A stretch of 64,000 bases of DNA from NCBI RefSeq assembly GCF_021869535.1, contig NW_026262745.1, positions 62,001 to 126,000 of the forward strand, written 5' to 3'. The translations under genes and the position numbers were made by a program. Source of the DNA: Mytilus californianus. Taxonomy: Eukaryota. The stretch's first letter is position 1. Each line of letters starts with the position of its first letter. Positions 12,201 through 22,634 of the stretch are shown in pieces. The notes beneath the pieces were generated by a model, which saw nothing but the letters and a program-made list of their open reading frames with translations, searched no databases and was not told the DNA's origin.

Positions 12201-15200
12201 ATATCATTCAAACCATCTCAGCATGACAAACCAGAATATATATGGTTTAGGGGTGGGGATCTTGACCACTTACAAGATATTATAACTTTCTTAAATGGCA
12301 TAGGGTGGGGGTGACCCCTGGGGACTAACCCTGTATTTCATTTGATTTGCTTTATCATGACAAACCATAATATATATGGTTTAGGGGTGGGGATCTCGAC
12401 CATTTATAAGATATTAGAACTTTCTCAAATGGCAGGGGATCAGGATGACCCCTGGGGACTAACCCTGTATATCATTCAAACCATCTTAGCATGACAAACC
12501 AGAATATATATGGTTTAGGGGTGGGGATCTTGACCACTTACAAGATATTAGAACTTTCTTAAATGGCACGGGGTGGGGGTGATCCCTGGGGACTAACCCT
12601 GTATTTCATTTCATGTGCTTTATCATGACAAACCAGAATATATATGGTTTAGGGGTGGGGATCTCAACCATTTACAAGATATTAGAACTTTCTCAAACCA
12701 CAGGGGGTCGGGATGACCCCCTGGGGTCTAACCCTGTATATCATTCAAACCATCTTAGCATGACAAACCAGAATATATATGGTTTAGGGGTGGGGATCTC
12801 GACCATTTACAAGATATTAGAACTTTCTCAAATGGCAGGGGGTCAGGATGACCCCTGGGGACTAACCCTGTATATCATTCAAACCATCTTAGCATGACAA
12901 ACCATAATATATATGGTTAAGGGGTGGGGATCTTGACCACTTACAAGGTATTAGAACTTTCTTAAATGGCAGGGGGTGGGGATGACCCCTGGGGACTAAC
13001 CCTGTATTTCATTTAATGGGTTTTGTCATTTAGAACATTTTCAATTAAAAAGATTGTGTCTATCACAAACGGTTTTCAATTTATAATCATTTGAAAATTT
13101 TAAAAAATAAAATCCCATAGGGTTCTATAGTAAAACCCTCTTTTCTTTTTGCCCCTCAAAGTACCCCTTTATAAACCCCATTGCACAAACAAAACACTGA
13201 TTGCACCACTAGACATGTTAGTCTAACATATTGTGAAACCCTAAGTTAATCTGACAAGCGGTTTTGGAGAACGGGTGCGGACAAGTTCAAATTTAAAAGC
13301 GGCGGAAGAGGAAGAGGAAGAGGAAGAGGAAGAATAATAATAATAATAATAAGAACTGAGCAAAAACAATAAGTCTTCCCAAACTTCGTTTGGGAGACTA
13401 AAAAATACGTGGCCAAGAAATATGGCCCTGGACACGATCATGTCACAAAATAAAATTAAATTCACCTTAACGCCAGAGATCTAAGATCATATGTGTATTT
13501 TAAAATTGTACATGTACGTAACACATCATCTTAAATGGAAGCAGCCGCATGCCAAATATCAAAGATCCTTGCCATAGTCATTTTAATACATGCCAATGAG
13601 GACAAAGTTCAAGGTGATAAGTCATGCCAAATATCAAAGACTATGTCATAGTCATTCAAACATGGCAATGACAAAGTTCAAGGTAAAAAAGGTTAACCAA
13701 ATGGTATGCAATCATGTATCATCGTAGGCTGATGAACGTTCATCATATTATCAAAAAGCTTCTGTTTATCTGGAAGTCATAGGTCTGGTTTGTTAAACAA
13801 ATCTTCAGTTTATGTACCAACATGCAAATTAGCAGACGTTTCAATCCAATTTGAAAAATAAAAAAAGTAAAACTGTATGACAGTCGGAATAAAAATAGGT
13901 TTTTCCTACATTTCGTACATACCTTCGAATTCCTACGGCAGTAGAAAATGACGTCTACCTGAAAGTATGATTTTAAATAAGGAAATATAACTTGCTTACC
14001 TTTCCTACGGCAGTTGATCCAGTAAACGATATCTGCTTGACTGTGGGACTTTTACACAGTGTTTTGCCAACATCAGCTGAATTCTCTCTGCTACATGTAA
14101 CAACATTCAACACACCAGACGGTAATCCTGCTTTCTCTGCCAACTAATATCCAAACAAAATGTTTAAAAAAGAAAGTATCTATTTTTTTACACCAGAAAA
14201 CCATAAGTACTAAGGCAATTTATGATTAAGTGAAGACAGATCTTTTCTTATAAGAAACAGATCAAAATTATTCTGAATGATTGATCCTATTTTTTCTATT
14301 TGACTCTTAGAATTAAGAATTAAGAATTATTCTATTGATTGTGTAATCAACATAGGATTTCAATTTAAAAAAAAAAACAAAATAGGGGCATTTATGAAAT
14401 GACGAAACTTAGGGAGCAACCCAAAAAGATAGTAATCATGAAATAACACTATAAACACATGCAGTCTGACCACGGCTGAGGGGTTGGCTGCTTAAAATGA
14501 CTTGGTAATAATTTCAATTCTTGTGGAAGTTTGATTTTTTCTTTTGTGGAAATATAAATTTTAAAAAATTGTAATTTTTACGCTATTAGAGAACCTGTTA
14601 TATGCCTAATGCTATATTGTTGTAATGTAAAACATTGAAAAAAAACTTTTCAAACAAAACCTTGGTGAGTTTGTTCAATGTATATACAGAATGATTGCGT
14701 CATCAACATAGAAATTGTGGTAAGCATACTGCCATTAATGAATCAGTTGATATTTTTCAAATCTTGTAACATTATATATTTACCTCACATAGAGCTAATG
14801 CAGAGTATGGTGTATCTTCTGCCGGCTTTAATACTACAGTACAACCTGCAGCAATGGCGGGTCCAGCTTTTCTGGTTATCATGGCATGAGGAAAATTCCA
14901 CTTTTAAAATAGTAGGAAAGAAATGTTATACAAGAATATCAACAAATCATTTTCAAAGCTTAGTTTATTGAATACTAGTTAATTCCAGAATGAAGGTTAT
15001 CTACGCTGATACACCATTAGATAAACATACAAAGTAACGTTGTGAGATAACGCTACAAAAAAAAGAAGTCTTGATTTTATCATGAACGCACCAGTTTTAG
15101 TGTCAACATTTAAAATGGATATGGACATGTTTTCTAATTTCTTAAAAGTATTAAGCAGTCGTTTCATTTACTACAATGTTTATTGATCAGTTATTTGGTT

Positions 15201-18200
15201 CCTCAAATAAGTTTATATTATAACAGTGAAATGCTTTGACGTGTAAATATATTCAATTGAATTTTTACATCCTGTTCAGTCTTTAGTTATCTATGTTGTG
15301 TTTTGTGTACTGCTGTTTGTCTCTTGGTCTGTTTCTTTTTTTTTTGCCATCTCGTTGTCAATTTATTTTCGACTTGTGAGTTTGAATTTCACTTTGTTAT
15401 CTTTCGCCTCTCTTTCCTTTGTTGTTAAATATTATTTCCTTACCATTGTCATACAAAAATACATGTAAATTATAAGACATCCAGTAACTTTTGCAGGTAT
15501 ATACACAAAATGTTTATTATGTAAGCCATCAAAACTATATCGCCAATGGCAGTCGGCAGGGTTTAAGAACATCTGTTGTTCGACCTGTTAGTCAAATGCG
15601 TTTTGTTAAAATATACTTTTTTGGTCTTTTGGAAAATGTTGTTTGTGCTGTATTTAGACCCCTCTAACAAGAAATTTGTTTTGCATGCACACGTATAAAA
15701 ATTGCGGTTTTTATCCAACGTAATCATAGGTTTGAACGTTGTTTTCAATTTAGACTTGTTTATATTTTTTCGTTTGGGCTTGTATTATATTTGCCTTCGG
15801 GTTTATATGATCCGTTCATCCTATTTTGACTCCTCAAAATTCAAGAGTCTATCCTAAATTGAGGTAAATTATATGGCCTTCCAAATACCCTTTCGATTCC
15901 TAACATCACTGAAGAGACATTAATTGTCGAAATCCGGATATGGTGTTCAAAAATCTTTGCACCTTTTGTTTGCGGTATACCATCTTTGCCGCAAGTTAAT
16001 TGTTTTCTGTTTGGTATTAATTTATAAATAAGATCCATTTATTACACCTGGTGATCCGTTTATTTGGCAATCGCCAATGGCAGTCGGCAGGGTTTAAGAA
16101 CATTTGTTGTTCGACCTGTTAGTCAAATGCGTTTTGTTAAAATATACTTTTTCACTTTTTTGGTCTTTTGGAAAATGTTGTTTGTGCTGTATTTAGACCC
16201 CTCTAACAAGAAATTTGTTTTGCATGCACACGTATAAAAATTGCGGTTTTTATCCAACGTAATCATAGGTTTGAACATTGTTTTCAATTTAGACTTATAT
16301 ATATATATATACATTCTGCATAAAATAATTAATTTTACAGTTATTGAGTCCTTGTTCCAACCAAGGAGCAAAATATCAAAAGCTCATACTCCTTCTTAAA
16401 ATATAAATTTAGGCCGGAGTACTACCATGACTTATGTACATCAAAATAATAGAATTAATTTGCCAGTTACAACAATTTCAACTGTTAACCGAACTACAAC
16501 TACGCTGATTTCCATATTAGGTATATCACTTATATATATTATTTAACAGCAACATAACAATACCTTTAAGAATATGTATATGCGTCATGTTGATGAATTA
16601 ATTAACACGCATATCAGGATAAAAACTTACGATATGGCGCAGTCGAGCGGAGCAAGTTAACACGAGACCATCGATGAGGAAAACTGATTATTGGTGAAAA
16701 ATACAAAAAAGTTCCCATTTAGTCGACATTGTGTGCAGTCTCCATATTCGTTTTGTGTCAAGTGTGAATTCTTTCGGCATCGCTTGAAACATTACAATCG
16801 TAATTCCTTAAGAAATATTGGATTCGCAATGCTCTTCATTTTCTTATATTATTCGGCCTTTTAACCTTTTGATTTGTGCGTCACTGATAAGTCTTTTGTT
16901 GACAAAAAGAGCATCTGGCAAACGCAAATATAAACCTGATATCTTTGATGATTTTTTAATGAAAATGTACATGGCTATTTCCATTACTAGTATGGCATGC
17001 CACAAAATTTTGCGTGCTTTTACATCCATTTTACCTAGGTAAAGTGTATGAATTCGTTTCAAACCACTAAAGATAGTTACCGGTGTTATCATTCCAGTTA
17101 CCCCTATCGGCTGTTTCAGTACCAAAAGTTTCTTTGATTTGGCGGGAGAGGGTACAATATCTCCATAAACACGTCTGGCTTCTTCAGCAAACCATTCTAG
17201 AAATCCTATTCCATAATTTAGTTCTCCGATCGATTCCTGGAGTGGCTTACCCTAATGAATAAAACAAAATATTAAATAAAATTTCTAAACTTTTAATGAG
17301 AATGGTGAGTCTTGTAAATATAACACATTCTTATTATTAAAAATAAATCCAAAGATGTAATAAAAAAACCAATTACTTTGACATCTAAAAGGGCTTTTGA
17401 TGAACTTCAGGCGTGTATATCATGCGAGAATATTAGGATTATATTTTTGCTTTTGAAAAAACCAATCATTACAGACTGCATAGGACAAGTTAAAAGAAGC
17501 CATCCTTATGTACATATTTATTGTATAATATAAACGTTAAACGACCAAACAGGGTCTAAACTAAACAGAAAAATCTACTAAGTTAATGTCATTTTGCCTG
17601 AGGGAGCAGCAACATTAGTTAATGTGTACTATATTCAGAATGTGTAATTTAAATCATGACTGTACTTAAGCATAGTTCCATGCATATGGTGGGATATTAT
17701 CATCCCAAGGGACTGACAAACCACCAGCAGAGCATATCCCAGTGATATTTACAATACAAAAAAATGATTCAAGTTTAAATTCCTCGTCAGGTAAACTGGA
17801 CACCAAACGTTTTTGAAGGAACATATATAAATTTGGTATCAGTTTAAACGCAACAGCGAAAATTATCAACCTAGGTTAGAAAACAATTAGAAAAAAATGT
17901 ATAAATTGTAAGTTAACAATTATAACAAGAGTGTTTACAAAGCAAATGAAAGCATTATGTCATCAACATGTAGGATAGCGTTTGAAACATAAGAGAACAA
18001 ACCATTTCCAATGTTAAAATCTTAGCTAGATCTTCTTTGTTTTCGTTACATAAGTCAACCCATCGTCTCAAGATAGTACTTCTTTCCTGCAATCATAAAA
18101 TCATAATAACATATATTTTATGAATAAGATAATGAGATACCAAGATGTAAATAAAAATCGAAGAAAGACACACAAGAGCATTGTCAAAAGAATTCTACAA

Positions 18201-21200
18201 GCTCAATTGTCCAACTGACTTAAATATGCTATTTTGATATTTATTTTTGTAAAAATATGGATAAAAATATCACAAAAAAACCATTGAGGATCTTGTTTTG
18301 CTGATTAGTTTTTGCTATTTACAAACTTTCTGCTTATCTTCATTTTTCAAGATTGAAAAAAAAAAACACGTTACTTAAAATGATAAAAAAATATAATTTG
18401 CGGGTAATTACTGCGGTAAGGTACAATCCGGTAATTTGAAAAATTGAACGTAGGTAGATTTGTATATTCTGAGCTTTTCTGGGGTCAGATTTCCTCTTTC
18501 TATATATTTGACAATTACTTACATTTTACTCAAATTTTGTAATGATCATTCAGGCCAAGGTTAGAATTGTTCAAGTGGTTTCAGAGAATATTTTTGAAAA
18601 AAAATGTCACGACGACGGACGAAACCATTACATGGCTCAAAACTGAACAATTTATAATGAATTCTTAAATAGTCAGTAAACACTTCATAGAAAACTCAAG
18701 ATTGAGAACTTCATCATAAACACATTATAATAGTTTACTAAAGACATATGTGCTTTGGGGAACTTGGTGCTGGCAGATCTTTATTAGTGTCTGTTTAATT
18801 TATTCACAATGCAAAAAATGTACCAATTGTATATACCATTGTCAATTGTTAAAGAATGGGAATTGTGCTTTTTTGTCGTTTGGTTGCTGCTCATTGACAT
18901 AAACCAAAAACTCTTTTTCATTCAATCTAAGTAAAGAGTTGTTTGCTTAACGTCTAGTTGCAAATATTTCATGTTTATTCTGGACGAGAACAAATTGACA
19001 ACAAATCCGATAAGCATGTTCTGCAAAGAAAAGAAGGTCGAACGACATGATGGCAGCTTAAAGAGTTGTTGCAATGACATTTAACGTACCAAGAACACAA
19101 AACATCGATTTTATCATCCCTATTTCGACCAGACGTTGCTGCGTATTAATACATCCCGCATTATCAAATAGATAATCCCTTTTTAACACTTGTTTTACTA
19201 TCGGATCGGGGATGTGCAGGTGAATCCGTTTATTTACGCCAGTCAACCCTTTGGGGGCGATGGTTCTTGTAAATTTATGTTACTTACTTGATATTATGAA
19301 CTCACTCACTGCATAGCAGTACTCACGTGCAAATGAGGTCTTCAGAGTGTAGTTAAACCAACAGAAAAATGATTAAAACTTTAAATTCAATATTTCAGTT
19401 ACATTTCCAATGCAAGTTACCTTAGCAGTTGTTTCTTTCCATGATTCTAATGCTTCAGCAGCACATTGTATAGCCCTCTCGGTATCCCCTGAATTCATGT
19501 CTGGGATACATCCTATCTTTTCTTGAGTAGATGGATTGTAGACTGTATCCAGAAAGGATGACATAAATACATTTTACAGTATGATTATCAGAACTTCTTA
19601 CTGCATACGATTAGGCTTCTTTTCCTATTAAACTGGCACTTCCTCTTCTCTTTTTGATTCAGACATAATTGATTATAAATTTATTTCATTTTAAAGAAAA
19701 AAACATGATTTTTCTTTTTTTGTGTCTTTTTTAATAATTATCTAGTACAATGCAAGATTTTCCTAGTACACATCTGGATATCCCAATTTCTACCAGAAGA
19801 TATTAGAATTCTGATTTGTACTGGATTTTGATTAGTATAAATCGGAATTCCAAATTCCACTAGCAGATGTTTATATATAAAAATACTCATCGAAAACTTA
19901 AACATTATGCCGTTCTTGGAAATACGGAAACCGAAAAGGGAAGGTGTCTATGTTTTTTTTTTTCTTATTTTTAATTTATTCCTCGAGAAAAAAATATTAT
20001 GCTCGATTTTTGTTGCTAAAACAGATAGTTTTAATCAGACCATTACACACAAACTACGCAGGATACTGATTAATTAATGATCTGTCTCTAGTTGTGATGC
20101 CGTTGATTCGTTCTCTGGCTGGGTCAAAATAAACAAGAAGTTATTATTTTCTGATTTTCTTACAACCATGTGGCGCTTTCGGTTGATTGATTGTTGCTTG
20201 TTCAACGTCCAGTGACAAACGTTTCATGCATATTCAGGTCGAGAACAAACTAACAAATACTACAATAAATAGGTTTTCCGAGGTATAAAAACTGGATATA
20301 AGGGCGGGCAATCATGAATGCCTTTGGTAAATAAGGGTCTGTTCAATTAGGGCAGAAATTTGTCCTGGCAAAAGACCACATACGGAACCCACAGAGAGCT
20401 GTTGCAGTGAACATGGCACACGCCCAACACGAGGCTTTTGATTTAACGTCCCAATCCTGACTAAAACTGGATAATTTCTGTACATGCGTATTTATACATA
20501 CCACACAGTTAAAACGAATTCCCCTGTCAGCCAAGATTTCAAAAACCAATATTTCAACTTAAAGCTAGAAACATAAACATGGTCTAACTATAGTTGTAAA
20601 ATGCATATATTTAACTACTAAATCTTCATCTTCGAAATTGCGTGTCGATTTTTGTTTTCATGTTTCACAAAATAAATTGCCATGCTTTGTCAAATACTAT
20701 GGTATGTTCCCAATTCTGGCTATTCAATATTTGCTCAATCATTGGATAATTTAACAGTTTTTCCTGTTAACTACATTTTAATATAACTTGGAGTTCAAAC
20801 ATGTGTAGCCTAATGTACCTTTATAACGTACCCCAAGGTTGACTGTGGAATAGACATATGGTCACCATTGCCAAAGTTGGGCGTCCGTTTGACTGTGCGG
20901 GATGTACAAGAACGCAGCCACGTTCGGTCAGAATGGGGACGTTAAATCCGATACCTCGTATGAAGAGAGTGCTTCGCTCTTTGCACGTGAAAAACTCTTG
21001 CAACAACTCATTGAGGGATCCGTAGGTGGCCTGTTGCAAGGCTAAAATTCGGTCCTTATCCAATATACCCTCATTTTCCCGTTGCAGTCCGAATTTCCCC
21101 GACCTTTACCCCGGACGGCCTCTATTACAGGACCTACTTATTGTATTTATTGTTAATTTGTTCTCGTCCTGAACATGCATGAAATATTTGCCACTAGACT

Positions 21201-21815
21201 TTAAGCAACCAACAATCAATCAATATGTACTGATTTCGACAATTAAAACGACCCCGTTCGTATTACTGTAAGATCTAAAAGTATTTATTTAAGGTAACTG
21301 TGAAACCTCTCAAAGAATTCTTAAGCACGCTGTGTAAGTCAAGACGGTTTGCAATCATGAAAATAAAATCAAAACAATGATGACACAATGACGGAAAAGA
21401 AATTATCCAAGATACATGGTGCTATTAATACATTTATGATCTGATCCGATTTGAGTTAAAATTTAATTGTTTGGCGATCAAAATGTAATTCAGTCTTGGA
21501 TAACACGTAACTTATAATGTTTAGTACAAATAAGTATAGATTATATTTCATCAGAAACCTTGCAAAAAGGGTCTCAGTTATTATTTCATTTTTCATATCA
21601 ATAAATCAGGATATATTATCATAATTACCATCAAATGTCTTTCCACTGCTCGCATCAACCCATTGTCCGTTCACATAAGCCTTTTCGTGTACCAGCCTGT
21701 GATATGAGCGTAATGTTTGGTCCAGCCTGGTTTTTGTAAATCTCGAACTGCAGAGGGGAGATATGTGTATCTGATAAAGATTTCGACTTCTCCCAAGCAG
21801 TACTCTAATCCTCAT
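3206..21815 (-). CDS. ALDH5A1: Succinate-semialdehyde dehydrogenase, mitochondrial (ALDH5A1-like), 11 coding exons, 519 aa
   Basis: Exons (minus strand): 21815-21629, 19542-19421, 18086-18003, 17251-17081, 14900-14784, 14143-14000, 11386-11243, 10751-10593, 9142-8979, 8642-8584, 3414-3206. Total 1560 nt, all GT-AG and in phase. Motifs: Arg-rich acid-poor presequence, [59 protein letters not shown] (catalytic Cys plus CxC redox-switch Cys), EE.FGP, SGLGREG.KYG...[12 protein letters not shown]. Confidence 0.95.
3620..3935. repeat. SINE-like interspersed repeat with the GCCTGT(A/C)CCAAGTCAGGA core
   Basis: A near full-length reverse-complement copy lies at ~39645-39965 and a partial copy at ~9675-9875. 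Confidence 0.7.
4225..6003. repeat. Tandem satellite, ~13.5 units of 126 bp and 135-137 bp variants
   Basis: GTTAGATTC anchor at 4271, 4408, 4534, 4669, 4795, 4921, 5057, 5183, 5309, 5444, 5570, 5696, 5831 and 5966. Confidence 0.95.
6056..6282. repeat. 35-bp minisatellite (~6.5 copies) containing the palindrome ATTGCGCAAT
   Basis: Unit TTTCTTGCTATTGCGCAATACTGTGCAATTGAAGA; anchors at 6086, 6121 and onward. Confidence 0.95.
6480..7060. repeat. ~161-bp tandem repeat (~3.6 copies)
   Basis: CCCCAAA(C/A)TCAAT anchor at ~6482, 6643, 6805 and 6965. Confidence 0.9.
7536..8079. mobile_element. MITE, 544 bp, with 60-bp TIRs and a perfect 9-bp TSD (Mutator-like)
   Basis: TIRs 7536-7595 and 8020-8079 match at 53/60 positions; GGGTTTTTA is duplicated at 7527-7535 and 8080-8088. 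Confidence 0.9.
11655..13404 (+). mobile_element. HINE-like element with a central 134-bp satellite array
   Basis: Perfect 16-bp subterminal inverted repeat AGTCTCCCAAACGAAG (11674-11689) / CTTCGTTTGGGAGACT (13384-13399), 3' hairpin, (GGAAGA)n(AAT)n microsatellite and AACAG start. Confidence 0.85.
11790..13015. repeat. 134-bp G-rich tandem repeat, 9 full units plus a partial, two alternating variants
   Basis: ACTAACCCTGTA anchor at 11790, 11924, 12057, 12190, 12324, 12458, 12592, 12727, 12861 and 12995. Confidence 0.95.
15539..16296. repeat. Two ~220-bp direct repeats (15539-15757 and 16070-16296) flanking a ~310-bp segment
   Basis: ATCGCCAATGGCAGTCGGCAGGG...TTTCAATTTAGACTT is present twice; the second copy has an 8-nt insertion. 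Confidence 0.9.
15902..15947 (+). ncRNA. Minimal type I hammerhead ribozyme (Penelope/retrozyme-like)
   Basis: AACATCA-CTGAAGA-GACA(TTAAT)TGTC-GAAA-TCCGGA-TA-TGGTGTT. All core nucleotides are present (CUGANGA, G-C closing pair of stem II, GAAA, UH site). Helix I is 7 bp with one G-U pair and helix III is a short palindrome. Confidence 0.8.
18945..19260 (-). mobile_element. SINE fragment (same tail family as 20820-21225)
   Basis: GCTTAACGTCTAGTTGCAAATATTTCATG...GGACGAGAACAAATT matches the reverse complement of the tail at 21150-21225. Confidence 0.6.
20180..20550 (-). mobile_element. SINE (MetaSINE-like central domain, (CAAT)n tail), diverged copy
   Basis: Colinear similarity to the reverse complement of 20820-21225, including TTGATTGATTG and GATTTAACGTCCC. 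Confidence 0.65.
20820..21225 (+). mobile_element. SINE (MetaSINE-like central domain, (CAAT)n tail)
   Basis: GC-richer body with GGACGTTAAATCCGAT and GCTCTTTGCACGTGAAAAACTC, ending AAGCAACCAACAATCAATCAAT; the tail recurs at ~58700-58815. Family assignment is from recalled consensus motifs. Confidence 0.65.
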
Positions 21816-22634
21816 TTAAAACCTTCAAAATACAAATGAATCCACTATAAATGTTCTACCTGTGTTGCGGAAGTATTTTACTATGTAAACAGTTACACCA
21901 ATTAGTATGCTGCATCACGAGTTCCTGTTTATAACTATGCTCAATTTGCGTAAATGAAAATTTATTTTATTTAACAACAAATATAATTGTTCATGTAAGG
22001 TATAATTTGTGTATTTCTTCTACAAAATAAAACATGACTGTGGTTGTAACAACCCGGTATCACAGCATTGATCACCGGTGCATTGATCCAGTCATTCCTG
22101 CGACAGCTGTAATTTAAAAACAAAAACGTTTCTCGTTAAAATTTTCGTACAAAACATATATTCATCTCTTCTCTGTTAATTGTAACAATTTCAACATTGT
22201 TTTGCAAAATTAAAAATTGTAATAGATTTTTAAGAATTAAGTACATTTATTTGATTTCAATACCACAGGCTTGTAACATCGTCAATACCAAATACCAGAT
22301 CTCTAGAGGGAAAATCACAATCATTGATATAAATGCATATTCTATATATGGAATGCAATGTAATTTATGTTAGTTTAACCGTATTTTATTCATATAAATT
22401 GAATTGGATTGGGCAACAGGCAAAGCCTATGTAAGCCCTCTCCATAAACCCATACCGCATAGTTAGCTATAAAAGGCCCCGAAATGACAAATCTAAAACA
22501 ATTCAAACGAGAAAAAACTAACGGCCTGATTTATGTACAAAATAATGAACGAAAAACAAATATGACATACAACAACAAAGGACAACCACTGAACAACTGG
22601 CTCCTGACTTGGGACAGCCACATACAGAATGTGG

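Noticed and set aside
16877-16920. Hammerhead-like motif (CTGATAA...GACAAAA)
   Set aside because: Two core positions are mutated, so it is predicted inactive.
17666-17869. 67-aa ORF on the SSADH strand inside coding intron 3
   Set aside because: The SSADH protein is complete and colinear without it, and it shows no ALDH similarity.
20821-21063. 80-aa minus-strand ORF with GC-rich, coding-like composition
   Set aside because: It coincides with a SINE body that has diverged homologues elsewhere in the window.
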